A stretch of 61,775 nt of DNA, filler included. It is 3 parts of 3 records of this genome, joined end to end, with 100 filler letters (N's around TTAATTAATTAA, not from the genome) between each part and the next. Parts side by side here need not be neighbours in the genome. Positions count along the whole stretch, not along the records: positions 1 to 30,853 come from SRR20825006_1830; positions 30,954 to 48,764 come from SRR20825006_1838; 1 more part is not named here. The stretch is one strand, 5' to 3'. Numbering within the stretch: the first letter of the stretch is position 1; each line of letters opens with the position of its first letter. A program made the translations under genes and the position numbers. Shown piece by piece: positions 27,883-37,117 of this stretch. Below the pieces are notes generated by a model. The model saw only the letters and a list, made by a program, of their open reading frames with translations, was not told where the DNA came from and ran no database searches.

Positions 27883-28611
27883 ATGACCAATCCATTTGAA
27901 GATGGCCCCCACCTCCCTCCACGCAAACCAAGCCTTGGGGCACGGCTGCGCGCGGCCTTTTTGACCGGCCTCGTCGTTGTCGCCCCTATCGGCCTAACCG
28001 CCTATGTGATCTGGACCGTGATTGGCTGGGTCGATGGCTGGGTGCTGACCTTTGTGCCGCAGGCCTATCATCCCGACGCGTTGATCAACCGTTTGTTGGG
28101 CTATACCGATCCTTTGGACCAAATTCACATCAACCTGCGTGGCGCAGGCGTGATCATTTTCCTGCTGTTCACCGTCGTCGTCGGCTGGATTGCCAAGGGC
28201 CTTGTTGGGCGCTCTCTGATCCGTTGGGCCGAGCGGCTTGTCGATCGCACCCCGATTGTGCGGTCGATTTACAATGGCCTCAAACAGATCGCCGAAACGG
28301 TGTTTTCGCAATCCGACACGTCCTTTGACAAAGCCTGTTTGGTCGAATACCCGCGTCGGGGCATCTGGGCGATTGGATTTGTCTCGACCAACGCCAAAGG
28401 CGAAATCGCCAAACGCACGCCAAGCGATGAAGTGATGTTGTCGGTGTTTGTGCCCACGACACCCAACCCCACCTCAGGATTTTTGCTGTTTTTCCCGGAA
28501 CATGACGTGGTGATTTTGGACATGTCGGTCGAAGATGCCGCCAAACTGGTGATCTCCGCCGGGCTGGTCTATCCCAATTCCAAAGATCCGACCCAGCCCG
28601 TATCGCACTGA
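27883..28611 (+). CDS. DUF502 family membrane protein
   Basis: FLTGLVVVAP, PIVRSIY, VEYPRRG, VFVPTTPNPTSG. Confidence 0.88.
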   Translation: MTNPFEDGPHLPPRKPSLGARLRAAFLTGLVVVAPIGLTAYVIWTVIGWVDGWVLTFVPQAYHPDALINRLLGYTDPLDQIHINLRGAGVIIFLLFTVVVGWIAKGLVGRSLIRWAERLVDRTPIVRSIYNGLKQIAETVFSQSDTSFDKACLVEYPRRGIWAIGFVSTNAKGEIAKRTPSDEVMLSVFVPTTPNPTSGFLLFFPEHDVVILDMSVEDAAKLVISAGLVYPNSKDPTQPVSH

Positions 28612-28636
28612 ATTCGAGGTCAGGCGGGCTATTGTG

Positions 28637-29692
28637 TCAGCCAAACATCTGTTTGAGATCGACACTGGCGCGTTTGCCCAAATCATCAAAATGCGCGTCC
28701 AGAAACCGATCACAGGCCACGCGTCCGGCCTCTTTCATCCGCATCAAAAGCATCGGTGACGGTGACATTTTGGTGCGTGAGGACAAATCCTGCATCAGAT
28801 CGTCATCGGCGATCATATGGATCAAAACGTCTTTCATACTGCCCTCAGGCAACCGATTTTCGGCGATCAGTTCGCGGACAAATTGCACCGCGCGCAATTC
28901 GCGTAACAAAGACGTGTTGAACGAAATCTCGTTGATGCGGTTTTGAATCTCTTCCGGCGTGGTCGGCGTGCCCGGACGCTCCAGCGGATTGATATTGACG
29001 ATCACCACATCCTGCGGAAATTCCGGTTCGAACAGCGGAAACAGCGCCGGATTGCCGGTATAGCCACCGTCCCAATAGGAGTCCGTGATGCCCGTGATCG
29101 GGTCGGTCAGATCGACCGCCTGAAACAATTCCGGCAAACAGGCCGAGGCCAAAACCACATCCGTTGTCACCTCCTTATGCGAAAAGACCCGGATTTTTCC
29201 GGTGCGCACATTGGTGGTGGAGATAAACAGCGCGGGTCCCGTGCCCGTATGCAGAATGTCGCATTCCATCGCATCGACAATGGGCCTGAGCGGGTTTTGA
29301 TAAAACATACCATAGGCATAGGGGCTGACCATCGTCGTCACGGATTCAAAGAAATTAAACGGCATTGCCGCTTCCATCATCTTGGTCATGATTTCCGTGG
29401 TTGGCCCGAATTGCCGCAACCATGCGGACAGGCGCACATCGGTGATCGCCCCCATTTCGCCCCAAAGATCATCAAGCGCCGCTTTAGCGCCCGCGCGACC
29501 ATTGCGCACCATCCCGGCTTTCAGCGCCACCCCGTTGAGTGCCCCCGCCGAGGTGCCCGAAATGGCGGCGATTTCGATCTCGTCATGCTCCAGCAACCGA
29601 TCCAAAACCCCCCAGGTAAAGGCCCCATGCGCCCCCCCGCCTTGCAACGCGAGGTTGATCTGTTTTGGTCTGATTTTGGGTTTGCGCGTCAT
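28637..29692 (-). CDS. Patatin-like hydrolase
   Basis: LQGGGAHGAF, GTSAG nucleophile, WDGGY; in an operon with bdhA. Confidence 0.88.
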   Translation of the reverse strand: MTRKPKIRPKQINLALQGGGAHGAFTWGVLDRLLEHDEIEIAAISGTSAGALNGVALKAGMVRNGRAGAKAALDDLWGEMGAITDVRLSAWLRQFGPTTEIMTKMMEAAMPFNFFESVTTMVSPYAYGMFYQNPLRPIVDAMECDILHTGTGPALFISTTNVRTGKIRVFSHKEVTTDVVLASACLPELFQAVDLTDPITGITDSYWDGGYTGNPALFPLFEPEFPQDVVIVNINPLERPGTPTTPEEIQNRINEISFNTSLLRELRAVQFVRELIAENRLPEGSMKDVLIHMIADDDLMQDLSSRTKMSPSPMLLMRMKEAGRVACDRFLDAHFDDLGKRASVDLKQMFG

Positions 29693-29810
29693 CTGAAGCC
29701 CTTTCCGGGACTGTTATTGGCAAAGGCGCGCCGCGTTGGGTGCGCCTTTAGATGTCATGGCGGGCCAAAGCGCGGCCTCGCAGCGGGATCAACATCGCAT
29801 CACGTCGCGC

Positions 29811-30596
29811 TTACAGGGCGGTCCAGCCACCATCGACAGAAATCGTCGTGCCGGTGATTTGCTTGGCATAATCAGAGGCCAGGAACACGCAAGTGCCGCC
29901 CAATTCTTCAACGGTGGCAAATTGTTTCGACGGCTGACGGTCCAACAACACCTCACGGATCACGGTGTCGCGGTCCATATTGTATTGCTTCATCGTGTCG
30001 GGGATTTGCGCCTCCACCAGCGGCGTCAACACATAGCCCGGACAGACCGCATTACAGGTGATTGGCTCTTCGGCGGTCTCCAATGCGGTGACTTTGGTCA
30101 GGCCGACGATACCGTGTTTGGCGGCAACATAGGCGGATTTATAGGGCGATGCGGTCAGACCATGTGCCGATGCGATGTTGATCACCCGGCCCCACCCGGC
30201 TTTGCGCATCATCGGCAGGGCGGCTGCGGTGGTGTGAAAGGCGGAACTGAGGTTGATCGCGAGGATGGCGTTCCATTTTTCGACCGGGAACTCATCAATC
30301 GGGGCAACATGTTGAATACCGGCGTTGTTCACCAGAATATCGCACGCCCCCGCAGTCTCGATCAGGGCGCGGCAGTCGTCGAATTTGGACATATCGGCCT
30401 TGATATAACGGACCTCAACGCCGTGCTCTTTGGCCATGTCTTTGGCCAATTGGTGATCCTCATCGCGGTCTGTGAAAGAATTGAGGACAATGTTCGCCCC
30501 TGCTTTGGCCAATTCATGGGCGACGCCAAGCCCGATGCCGGAATTCGATCCGGTGATGATGGCAGTTTTGCCTGAAAGCGGTGTGTGCGTGCTCAT
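29811..30596 (-). CDS. bdhA: 3-hydroxybutyrate dehydrogenase
   Basis: NNAGIQHV, SAHGL.ASPYKSAYVAAKHG, CPGYVLTPLV. Confidence 0.93.
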   Translation of the reverse strand: MSTHTPLSGKTAIITGSNSGIGLGVAHELAKAGANIVLNSFTDRDEDHQLAKDMAKEHGVEVRYIKADMSKFDDCRALIETAGACDILVNNAGIQHVAPIDEFPVEKWNAILAINLSSAFHTTAAALPMMRKAGWGRVINIASAHGLTASPYKSAYVAAKHGIVGLTKVTALETAEEPITCNAVCPGYVLTPLVEAQIPDTMKQYNMDRDTVIREVLLDRQPSKQFATVEELGGTCVFLASDYAKQITGTTISVDGGWTAL

Positions 30597-30793
30597 GGCA
30601 GGTCTCCTTTATCTGTTCCCTCATAACTTACGTGCTGCGGGTGCAAAGCAAAGGGGAGAATCACATTTACGGCAAAGAATCGGGGTCACACTGTGGCGAG
30701 GCAAACCGTGATTGTGCGTGAAGTGGCGGCGTTTGGACCGATGCACATCCTCGGATCAGCCAAGCCTGCTTGGGGTTTACCCAAAGTGAGGGC

Positions 30794-30822
30794 AAAAAAA
30801 ACGCCCGCACAAGGCGGGCGCT
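30794..30822 (-). terminator. Intrinsic terminator of a transcript starting beyond the contig end
   Basis: Minus strand GCGCCCGC-cttgt-GCGGGCGT-TTTTTTT. Confidence 0.8.
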
Positions 30823-30853
30823 GAGTTATTGAGGCAGGTTTCATACAGGCAAG

Positions 30854-30953
30854 NNNNNNNNNNNNNNNNNNNNNNNNNNNNNNNNNNNNNNNNNNNNTTA
30901 ATTAATTAANNNNNNNNNNNNNNNNNNNNNNNNNNNNNNNNNNNNNNNNNNNN
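30854..30953. other. Artificial contig linker
   Basis: 44 N + TTAATTAATTAA (stops in all six frames) + 44 N. Confidence 0.98.
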
Positions 30954-31174
30954 CCCTCGTTCGGGCGGTCGCTGTCCGGCAGGAATTTTCCCAGCGCATC
31001 GGTATATTCGAAAAGCGGTGTTTCCACCGGGTCAAAGCCGTAATTCTCGTAGACCGCCTTGATCTTCGCCACCATTTCCTCGGTCGCGCGAATATCGGCG
31101 GCGGAGCGGTCGCCAAAGCCACGCGGCAGGCGGGCCTTCAGTTTCTGCGTTTTTTTCTTCTTGTTTTCGCTCAT
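30954..31174 (-). CDS. hisS: Histidyl-tRNA synthetase, N-terminal fragment (truncated at contig end)
   Basis: [42 protein letters not shown]. Confidence 0.88.
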
Positions 31175-31304
31175 GATTGACCTATCCGATACACGCATTC
31201 ATTTTCAGGGCTCTGATTAACGGATCGCCGGGGAACCGGCAAGCACCAAGGCGGCCAGAGGCCGTATCAAGCGGCAGAGCCCCGCGAAAAAACGAGGACC
31301 GAGA

Positions 31305-31751
31305 TTGATCGACACCGTAACATTACCCGAACTTGTCTGCATCGGCCTTTTCATTCGTGGCCCTTGGCATGAACTGCCAAAATCCGTTCCTTCGGGCTGG
31401 CAGCGCCTGTTCGCCACCGCCCCCGACGCCGAGAATTTTCTGGAAGTCTCCCGCAAGCAGGAGGACGGCACATATGTCGAATTTCTCGGCTTTCTCGCAT
31501 CGTGGAAAACCACGGTTCCCGACGGCCTCACACAGCATGCCGTCCCGCCGCAGCGTTATCTGCGCCTTGTCCACGAAGGCCCGCTTGCCGGCATTGCCGA
31601 TGGGTTTGCGGCGCTTCACGCCCATGCCGCATCCTGCGGGTTCGCGCTCGGCGAACTGAAACTCGATTTCGGCTACAAACGCGGGTTACCCGACACGCCG
31701 CACGAACTTTATGTGGCCATCAGACAGGAACCGCTGGCGCTTGGCGGCTAA
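31305..31751 (+). CDS. GyrI-like small-molecule-binding domain protein
   Basis: VPDGLTQHAVPPQRYLRLVHEGP resembles the GyrI/AraC effector domain; TTG start with AGGA RBS. Confidence 0.6.
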   Translation: MIDTVTLPELVCIGLFIRGPWHELPKSVPSGWQRLFATAPDAENFLEVSRKQEDGTYVEFLGFLASWKTTVPDGLTQHAVPPQRYLRLVHEGPLAGIADGFAALHAHAASCGFALGELKLDFGYKRGLPDTPHELYVAIRQEPLALGG

Positions 31752-31763
31752 GTACCCGCACCA

Positions 31764-32657
31764 TCAAGCCTGCCCTTCAAGACTGAACGCCACCAGTTGC
31801 TCGGCAGCCTTGCTCAAATGCCGTTCCTTGTGGCTTAGAAGCTGAAATGCCCGCGACGGCAGATCGAAATTCACCCGCTTCAGCCCGCCCGATGCCAGCC
31901 ATGGCGCGGCCACAGAGCCGGAAATCGCCGTTGCAGCCTTGCTGGAGCGCACCGCCGAAAGCACCGCCTCGTTCGATGGCAGCGACATAACCGGCTTGAG
32001 CACCTCCCCCGGAATGCCGAATGCCGCCATGCCAAGTTCAAACTCCGAGCGTGTGCCGGAGCCTTCCTCGCGCAGCACCCATTCCGTCTGCCGCGCCAGT
32101 TCTCCCGGCGTCACCATCCGGCCATCAGCCAGCGGATGATCCGGCCCGACCACCACCACCAGGGCATCATCTGTAATGTGCCGCTTTCGCAAAAGCGGAT
32201 TATCGAGCGTCCCCTCGATATAGCCAAGTTCCGCCGCGCCATTGGCGACAGCATCAGCCACCATCGCTGTGTTGCCGATGGAAAGCTCCAGTTCAATACC
32301 GGGATAGCGCGCATGAAAGCGCATCAGAACCGGCGGCAGAAAATAACTGGCAATCGTCTGGCTGGCATAGACGGAAAGCGCCCCGCGCTGCAACCCGCCA
32401 AGCTCGCCCAGAACCCGTTCCGCCGCACGCATTCGGGCGAGTGTAGCCCGCGCCTCCTCCAGAAATTGCCGCCCTTCCATGGTCAGCACAATCCCACGGC
32501 CAACCCGGTCAAACAGCTTTACGCTATAGAAATCCTCCAGCTTACGGATCGCACTGGAAACCGCCGATGGCGTCAGGTTCAGCGCTTCGGCGGCGCGGGT
32601 GAGATGCTCACGCTCGGCCACTTCAGCGAAAACAACAAGTTGTTCAAACGTCATCAT
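31764..32657 (-). CDS. LysR regulator (YeiE/CysL-like)
   Basis: LysR HTH, ASQTIASY, REEGSGTR; divergent from YeiH. Confidence 0.9.
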   Translation of the reverse strand: MMTFEQLVVFAEVAEREHLTRAAEALNLTPSAVSSAIRKLEDFYSVKLFDRVGRGIVLTMEGRQFLEEARATLARMRAAERVLGELGGLQRGALSVYASQTIASYFLPPVLMRFHARYPGIELELSIGNTAMVADAVANGAAELGYIEGTLDNPLLRKRHITDDALVVVVGPDHPLADGRMVTPGELARQTEWVLREEGSGTRSEFELGMAAFGIPGEVLKPVMSLPSNEAVLSAVRSSKAATAISGSVAAPWLASGGLKRVNFDLPSRAFQLLSHKERHLSKAAEQLVAFSLEGQA

Positions 32658-32667
32658 GAGAAAAATG

Positions 32668-32682
32668 TTCGCTTAAATCGAA
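32668..32682. promoter_or_regulatory. LysR-type dyad
   Basis: TTCG-N7-CGAA (contains T-N11-A) between the divergent lysR and yeiH genes. Confidence 0.5.
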
Positions 32683-32756
32683 TGAAATGTAAATTATTAT
32701 TCGATGGAAGTCGACAAACTGTAATGCGATCTTTTGGTCATCAAAGGATGACATTC

Positions 32757-33806
32757 ATGCGTATTGCACTTTCCGCCAACGATCAGCGTCAGAAATCAAA
32801 CCTGTTTGTGACACTGGCACCCGGTATTTTGCTGTCACTGGCGGTTTCACTGGCAGCCTTTCTGCTTGAGGCGGGAGAAGTGCATGTCACAGGCCATCGG
32901 TTTGTCGAAAATCTGGTTCTGGCCATATTGATTGGCACTGCCATCCACTCGATCTTTACTCTGCCGGAATTCTTCACCCCCGGCATTCGTTTTTGCGAGA
33001 GATTCGTGCTTGAGGTCGCGATTGTGCTTCTCGGTGCCTCTATCAGTGTGCAGGCCTTAAAGGCCGCCGGTCCGGCCCTTGTTCTCGGCATCATCGGTAC
33101 TGTCATTGCCGCCATCATCATCAGCTATGCCATAGGGCGCGGTCTTGGCCTGCATCACAAGCTGGCGACACTGGTCGCATGTGGCAACTCCATTTGTGGC
33201 AACTCTGCCATTGCCGCCGCAGCACCTGTCATCGAAGCAGAAGGAGAGGATGTCGCCTCTGCAATTGCCTTCACAGCTGTTCTTGGCGTTATCCTGGTAC
33301 TTGCTCTTCCGCTGGCGCTGGCAGGCTTCGGCATGACGCCATCGCAATACGGTGTTCTTTCAGGGCTGACGGTCTATGCCGTGCCGCAGGTGCTGGCGGC
33401 AGCACAGCCCGGCGGCATCATCGCTGTGCAGACGGGTACGCTGGTCAAACTCATCCGGGTCATGATGCTCGGGCCGGTCCTGTTCGCCCTTGGCATGAGT
33501 TCCCGCGCGGCTTCAAACGGTTCGGGCAGCAAGATCAGCCTTAGGCATATCGCACCGTGGTTCATTATTGGCTTTGCCCTGATGATGGCGCTGAGATCTG
33601 TCGGAATGATCCCCGATGAACTCGTCAGTCCGCTCGCACATATATCCAATGCGCTGACGGTCGTTGCCATGGCAGCCCTCGGACTTTCGGTCGATATCCG
33701 CTCGCTTGGCCGTGCCGGCGGGCGTGTTATCGCCACTGCCGTGCTTTCCATTGGTGCCCTTACGGGCATCGCGCTCGGCCTGATCTTCGTCCTGCAGATC
33801 GGATAG
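32757..33806 (+). CDS. YeiH/UPF0324 membrane protein (putative sulfate exporter family)
   Basis: ACGNSICGNSAIAA, TVYAVPQV, VKLIRV, PWFIIGF. Start uncertain. Confidence 0.88.
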   Translation: MRIALSANDQRQKSNLFVTLAPGILLSLAVSLAAFLLEAGEVHVTGHRFVENLVLAILIGTAIHSIFTLPEFFTPGIRFCERFVLEVAIVLLGASISVQALKAAGPALVLGIIGTVIAAIIISYAIGRGLGLHHKLATLVACGNSICGNSAIAAAAPVIEAEGEDVASAIAFTAVLGVILVLALPLALAGFGMTPSQYGVLSGLTVYAVPQVLAAAQPGGIIAVQTGTLVKLIRVMMLGPVLFALGMSSRAASNGSGSKISLRHIAPWFIIGFALMMALRSVGMIPDELVSPLAHISNALTVVAMAALGLSVDIRSLGRAGGRVIATAVLSIGALTGIALGLIFVLQIG

Positions 33807-33809
33807 TTT

Positions 33810-34454
33810 TCAGGTAGATGATGAAGGACGGATCAACTCCGCCCGCAACGTTTCCACCCTCTCGCGGCAGCAGCAACCTTCGATGTGATCATTCACAAGT
33901 CCCATGGCCTGCATAAACGCATAGACGGTCGTCGGCCCCACAAATTTCCAGCCGCGCTTTTTGAGGTCCCTGGATATCCGGGTCGATGCCGGCGTTATGG
34001 GATTGGCGATCAATGTTGGATAATCCACCACCGCCGGGCGTTCCTCAGATCCGGGTTCATAAGCCCAGAAATATGCGGCCAGTGAGCCGAACTCACGCTC
34101 CATCTCGATGGCACGGCGGGCGTTGTTGATCGTCGCTTCGATCTTGCCGCGATGGCGGATAATGCCCTTGTCGGCGAGAAGGCGCGTCACATCGCTTTCA
34201 CCAAAACCGGCAACCTTGTGAAAATCAAATCCGGCAAAGACGCTGCGAAAATTCTCACGCTTGCGCAAGATGGTCAGCCACGACAGGCCGGACTGGAACC
34301 CTTCCAGGCAGATTTTTTCGAACAATCGATGATCATCCGTCACCGGCCGGCCCCACTCCTCGTCATGATACCGCAGATACTCAGCTTCATTACCATGCCA
34401 GAAGCACCGCATGAGGCCATCGGCCCCCTCAATCAATCCGCTTGTTTCGCTCAC
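33810..34454 (-). CDS. tag: DNA-3-methyladenine glycosylase I
   Basis: YHDEEWG, LEGFQSGLSW, FVGPTT.YAFMQA.GLVNDH...C. Confidence 0.94.
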   Translation of the reverse strand: MSETSGLIEGADGLMRCFWHGNEAEYLRYHDEEWGRPVTDDHRLFEKICLEGFQSGLSWLTILRKRENFRSVFAGFDFHKVAGFGESDVTRLLADKGIIRHRGKIEATINNARRAIEMEREFGSLAAYFWAYEPGSEERPAVVDYPTLIANPITPASTRISRDLKKRGWKFVGPTTVYAFMQAMGLVNDHIEGCCCRERVETLRAELIRPSSST

Positions 34455-34682
34455 GTTCGAAATACCCCTTCAAGGTCCGTTCAAGAAACATGACCATATT
34501 CTGAGAAAACCCGCAGCAGCCCACCCTGTTGCGATATTCCCCGCAAAATGTTGCTATTATGTCACAATTATCATCTTTAAAAGATACGTATCTAAATTAA
34601 TCATTAACTGTAAAGTGGTGATTATGGTGAACACATTCTAAACAGAATTAGTGTCTGAAAAATCGATTCTGGATCTTCAATA

Positions 34683-35354
34683 ATGCATGTTCACTTCGCT
34701 TCGCTGACGACTTCCGCGGCCCTGATTATTGCAGGAATGACCGTTCTTCCGCAAACGGCTTCTGCAGAAATGGCGATCTCGGCCTATGGCGGATATCAGT
34801 CGGCGCCTCACTCGGATGTCGAGGTGAATGGCCAGAAAGCATTCACTGCAGGCTGGGAAGGCAAGTCATTCACGACGCCGCCGCACTGGGGCGTCCGGGG
34901 CACATGGTGGCTCGATCAGTTTGATATGCCGAACCTCGGTATCTCGCTCGATTACAGCCACGACAAGGTTTATGCAGACAGTGAAACACTCAGCGAGTCT
35001 GGCTGGTCCCATTTTGAGTTTACCGACGGTATCAACCTTCTGACACTGAATGCGCTTTACCGTTTCCCGATCAAGGAAACAAAGTGGACGCCTTATGTTG
35101 GCGCGGGCGCAGGTATCAATGTCCCTCATGTTGAGGTGACGCGACCAAGCGGCGAGACTTTCGGTTATCAGTTCGGCGGCGCAACGTTGCAGGCGCAGGC
35201 GGGCATCTCCTATTCTTTCCTGGAAAACTGGGATGCCTTTCTGGAGTACAAGGCCACTTACTCCTGGGTTGATGTGAACATCGACAGCGGCGATTCACTC
35301 CAGACCAACATTTTCACCAATGCCGTGAATGTCGGTGTGAGCTACCGTTTCTGA
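34683..35354 (+). CDS. lpxQ: Outer-membrane lipid A oxidase (LpxQ-like beta-barrel)
   Basis: Signal peptide; YGGYQSAPHS, FTAGWEGKSF, DYSHDKVYAD, HFEFTDG, PHVEV match Rhizobium LpxQ as I recall it; C-terminal Phe. Confidence 0.8.
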   Translation: MHVHFASLTTSAALIIAGMTVLPQTASAEMAISAYGGYQSAPHSDVEVNGQKAFTAGWEGKSFTTPPHWGVRGTWWLDQFDMPNLGISLDYSHDKVYADSETLSESGWSHFEFTDGINLLTLNALYRFPIKETKWTPYVGAGAGINVPHVEVTRPSGETFGYQFGGATLQAQAGISYSFLENWDAFLEYKATYSWVDVNIDSGDSLQTNIFTNAVNVGVSYRF

Positions 35355-35382
35355 TTTATAGTAACAAATTGGATGCGACAGA

Positions 35383-35404
35383 GCCGGCGGAAACGCCGGT
35401 TTTT
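35383..35404 (+). terminator. Terminator after lpxQ
   Basis: CCGGCG-gaaa-CGCCGG-TTTTT. Confidence 0.8.
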
Positions 35405-35426
35405 CCGTATCCTGTCGCCGCGGCAC

Positions 35427-36725
35427 TCAGATCAGCTTCTTTGGTGCAGGTCCGCCATAGGCCCAGTCGAGAAGCTCGACCGTGTGCAGGATCGGCGTTT
35501 CGGTAGCACTGCCGATCTGCGTCATGCAGCCGATGTTGCCGGTCGCAATCACGTCTGGCTCCAAAGCGCTGATATTCTTGACCTTCCGGCTTTTCAGTTT
35601 GGCCGCGATCTCAGGCTGCATGATGTTGTAGGTTCCAGCCGATCCACAGCAAAGATGTCCTTCCGCCGGTTCCTTCACTGTAAAGCCTGCGCGCCTCAGC
35701 AATTGCTTCGGCCCGTCCTTCAATTGCTGGCCATGTTGCATGGAACATGCAGAATGATAGGCGACAAGCCAATTTTTCGGTGTCTGCTCCGACAGATCAA
35801 GCGTCAAAAGATACTCAGTGACATCCTTGGCCAGCGCCGAGACACGTTTGGCTTTTTCCGCATAGGCAGTATCACCGGCCAGCATGTGACCGTAATCCTT
35901 GATCGTCGTTCCACAGCCGGATGCAGTGATGATGATCGCATCCAGCCCGCCTGACTCAAGTTCATGATACCAGACATCGATATTTCGCCGGGCTTCGGCA
36001 AGCGCCTGTTCTTCGCGACCCATGTGATGCACCAGAGACCCACAACAGCCCTCACCTTCCGGTACGACAACCTCGACACCAAGGCGCGTCAAAATACGAA
36101 TGGTTGCCTCGTTAATGCCCGGATCAAGGACGGATTGTGCACAGCCCGTCAGGAGAGCCACGCGGCCGCGCTTTTCGGCCTCAGCAGCTCGAATTCCCGG
36201 TTTTGCCGATTCCGAAGGCGCTGGCAGCTTTCCCGGAGCAAGCTTCAACATCGCCTCAAAAGGCTTGAATTCCTGATAGCGTGCAAAAAGACCAGAAAAC
36301 GGACGCCCGAAACGCGCCAGCGTCAGTGCCGCGCGAAACCGTCCCGGATAAGGCAGAACAGCCGCCAGAACAGCACGCGTAAACCTGTTCAACAGCGGAC
36401 GTTTATAGGTCTTTTCAATATGAACACGGGCATGGTCAACCAGATGCATGTAATCGACGCCCGACGGACAGGTCGAAACACAGGAAAGACATGAAAGACA
36501 GCGGTCAATGTGGGTCACAACTTCCCTGTCGGCAGGCCGGTCATTTTCCAGCATGTCCTTGATCAAGTAAATCCGCCCGCGTGGACTATCCAGTTCATTC
36601 CCAAGCGTCACATAGGTTGGACAGGTCGCCGTGCAGAAACCGCAATGTACGCATTTGCGCAAAATCGATTCTGCTTCGGCGACTTTTGGATCTTCCAGTT
36701 GTGCGGGCGAAAAATTCGTTTGCAT
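35427..36725 (-). CDS. glcF: Glycolate oxidase Fe-S subunit
   Basis: CVHCGFCTATCP, CLSCLSCVSTCP, CCG domains. Confidence 0.93.
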   Translation of the reverse strand: MQTNFSPAQLEDPKVAEAESILRKCVHCGFCTATCPTYVTLGNELDSPRGRIYLIKDMLENDRPADREVVTHIDRCLSCLSCVSTCPSGVDYMHLVDHARVHIEKTYKRPLLNRFTRAVLAAVLPYPGRFRAALTLARFGRPFSGLFARYQEFKPFEAMLKLAPGKLPAPSESAKPGIRAAEAEKRGRVALLTGCAQSVLDPGINEATIRILTRLGVEVVVPEGEGCCGSLVHHMGREEQALAEARRNIDVWYHELESGGLDAIIITASGCGTTIKDYGHMLAGDTAYAEKAKRVSALAKDVTEYLLTLDLSEQTPKNWLVAYHSACSMQHGQQLKDGPKQLLRRAGFTVKEPAEGHLCCGSAGTYNIMQPEIAAKLKSRKVKNISALEPDVIATGNIGCMTQIGSATETPILHTVELLDWAYGGPAPKKLI

Positions 36726-36739
36726 TTATGAGATCCGTT

Positions 36740-37117
36740 TCAGATCAGCCATGAGTGCGGATTGGCAATCGGCTCATCGCGTGAGACCTTCTGCAACCCG
36801 ATAACCACGCGAACAACAACCCAGACCGCTGTAGCCAGAAAGCCGAAAAAGCCGATCACAACAAACATGAGAACGAAGGAAATGGCGGAGAAGAGCAATG
36901 CAATCCAGAAGGTTCGGATAGCCCATGTATAATGGGTTTTCAGCCATTCATCCGCTTTCTCGCGGTTCATATAGGCCGAAACCACACCGATAATCCCGGC
37001 GATAAAGATTACAAAGCTGACCAGGTAAAGAATATAGATCAGAATAATGTTGTTGCGGGTCGGGTCCATCCAACCGTCACCCCAACGCTTTGGCTGTGTG
37101 TTTTCAGGTTCACTCAT
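36740..37117 (-). CDS. Small membrane protein, DUF4870-like
   Basis: Three TM segments, THYTWAIRTFW, PIANPHSW; overlaps the glcE stop (ATGA). Confidence 0.7.
   Translation of the reverse strand: MSEPENTQPKRWGDGWMDPTRNNIILIYILYLVSFVIFIAGIIGVVSAYMNREKADEWLKTHYTWAIRTFWIALLFSAISFVLMFVVIGFFGFLATAVWVVVRVVIGLQKVSRDEPIANPHSWLI

Noticed and set aside
30898..30909. TTAATTAATTAA palindrome, seen twice in the window
   Set aside because: Synthetic six-frame-stop spacer; ORFs that run into it are artefacts.
32136..32756. N-terminal extension of the 556-aa YeiH ORF
   Set aside because: It overlaps the LysR gene antisense; the real start is near 32748-32757.
34593..34608. CtrA-like TAAA-N7-TTAAC upstream of lpxQ
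   Set aside because: Mismatched, and expected by chance in AT-rich DNA.
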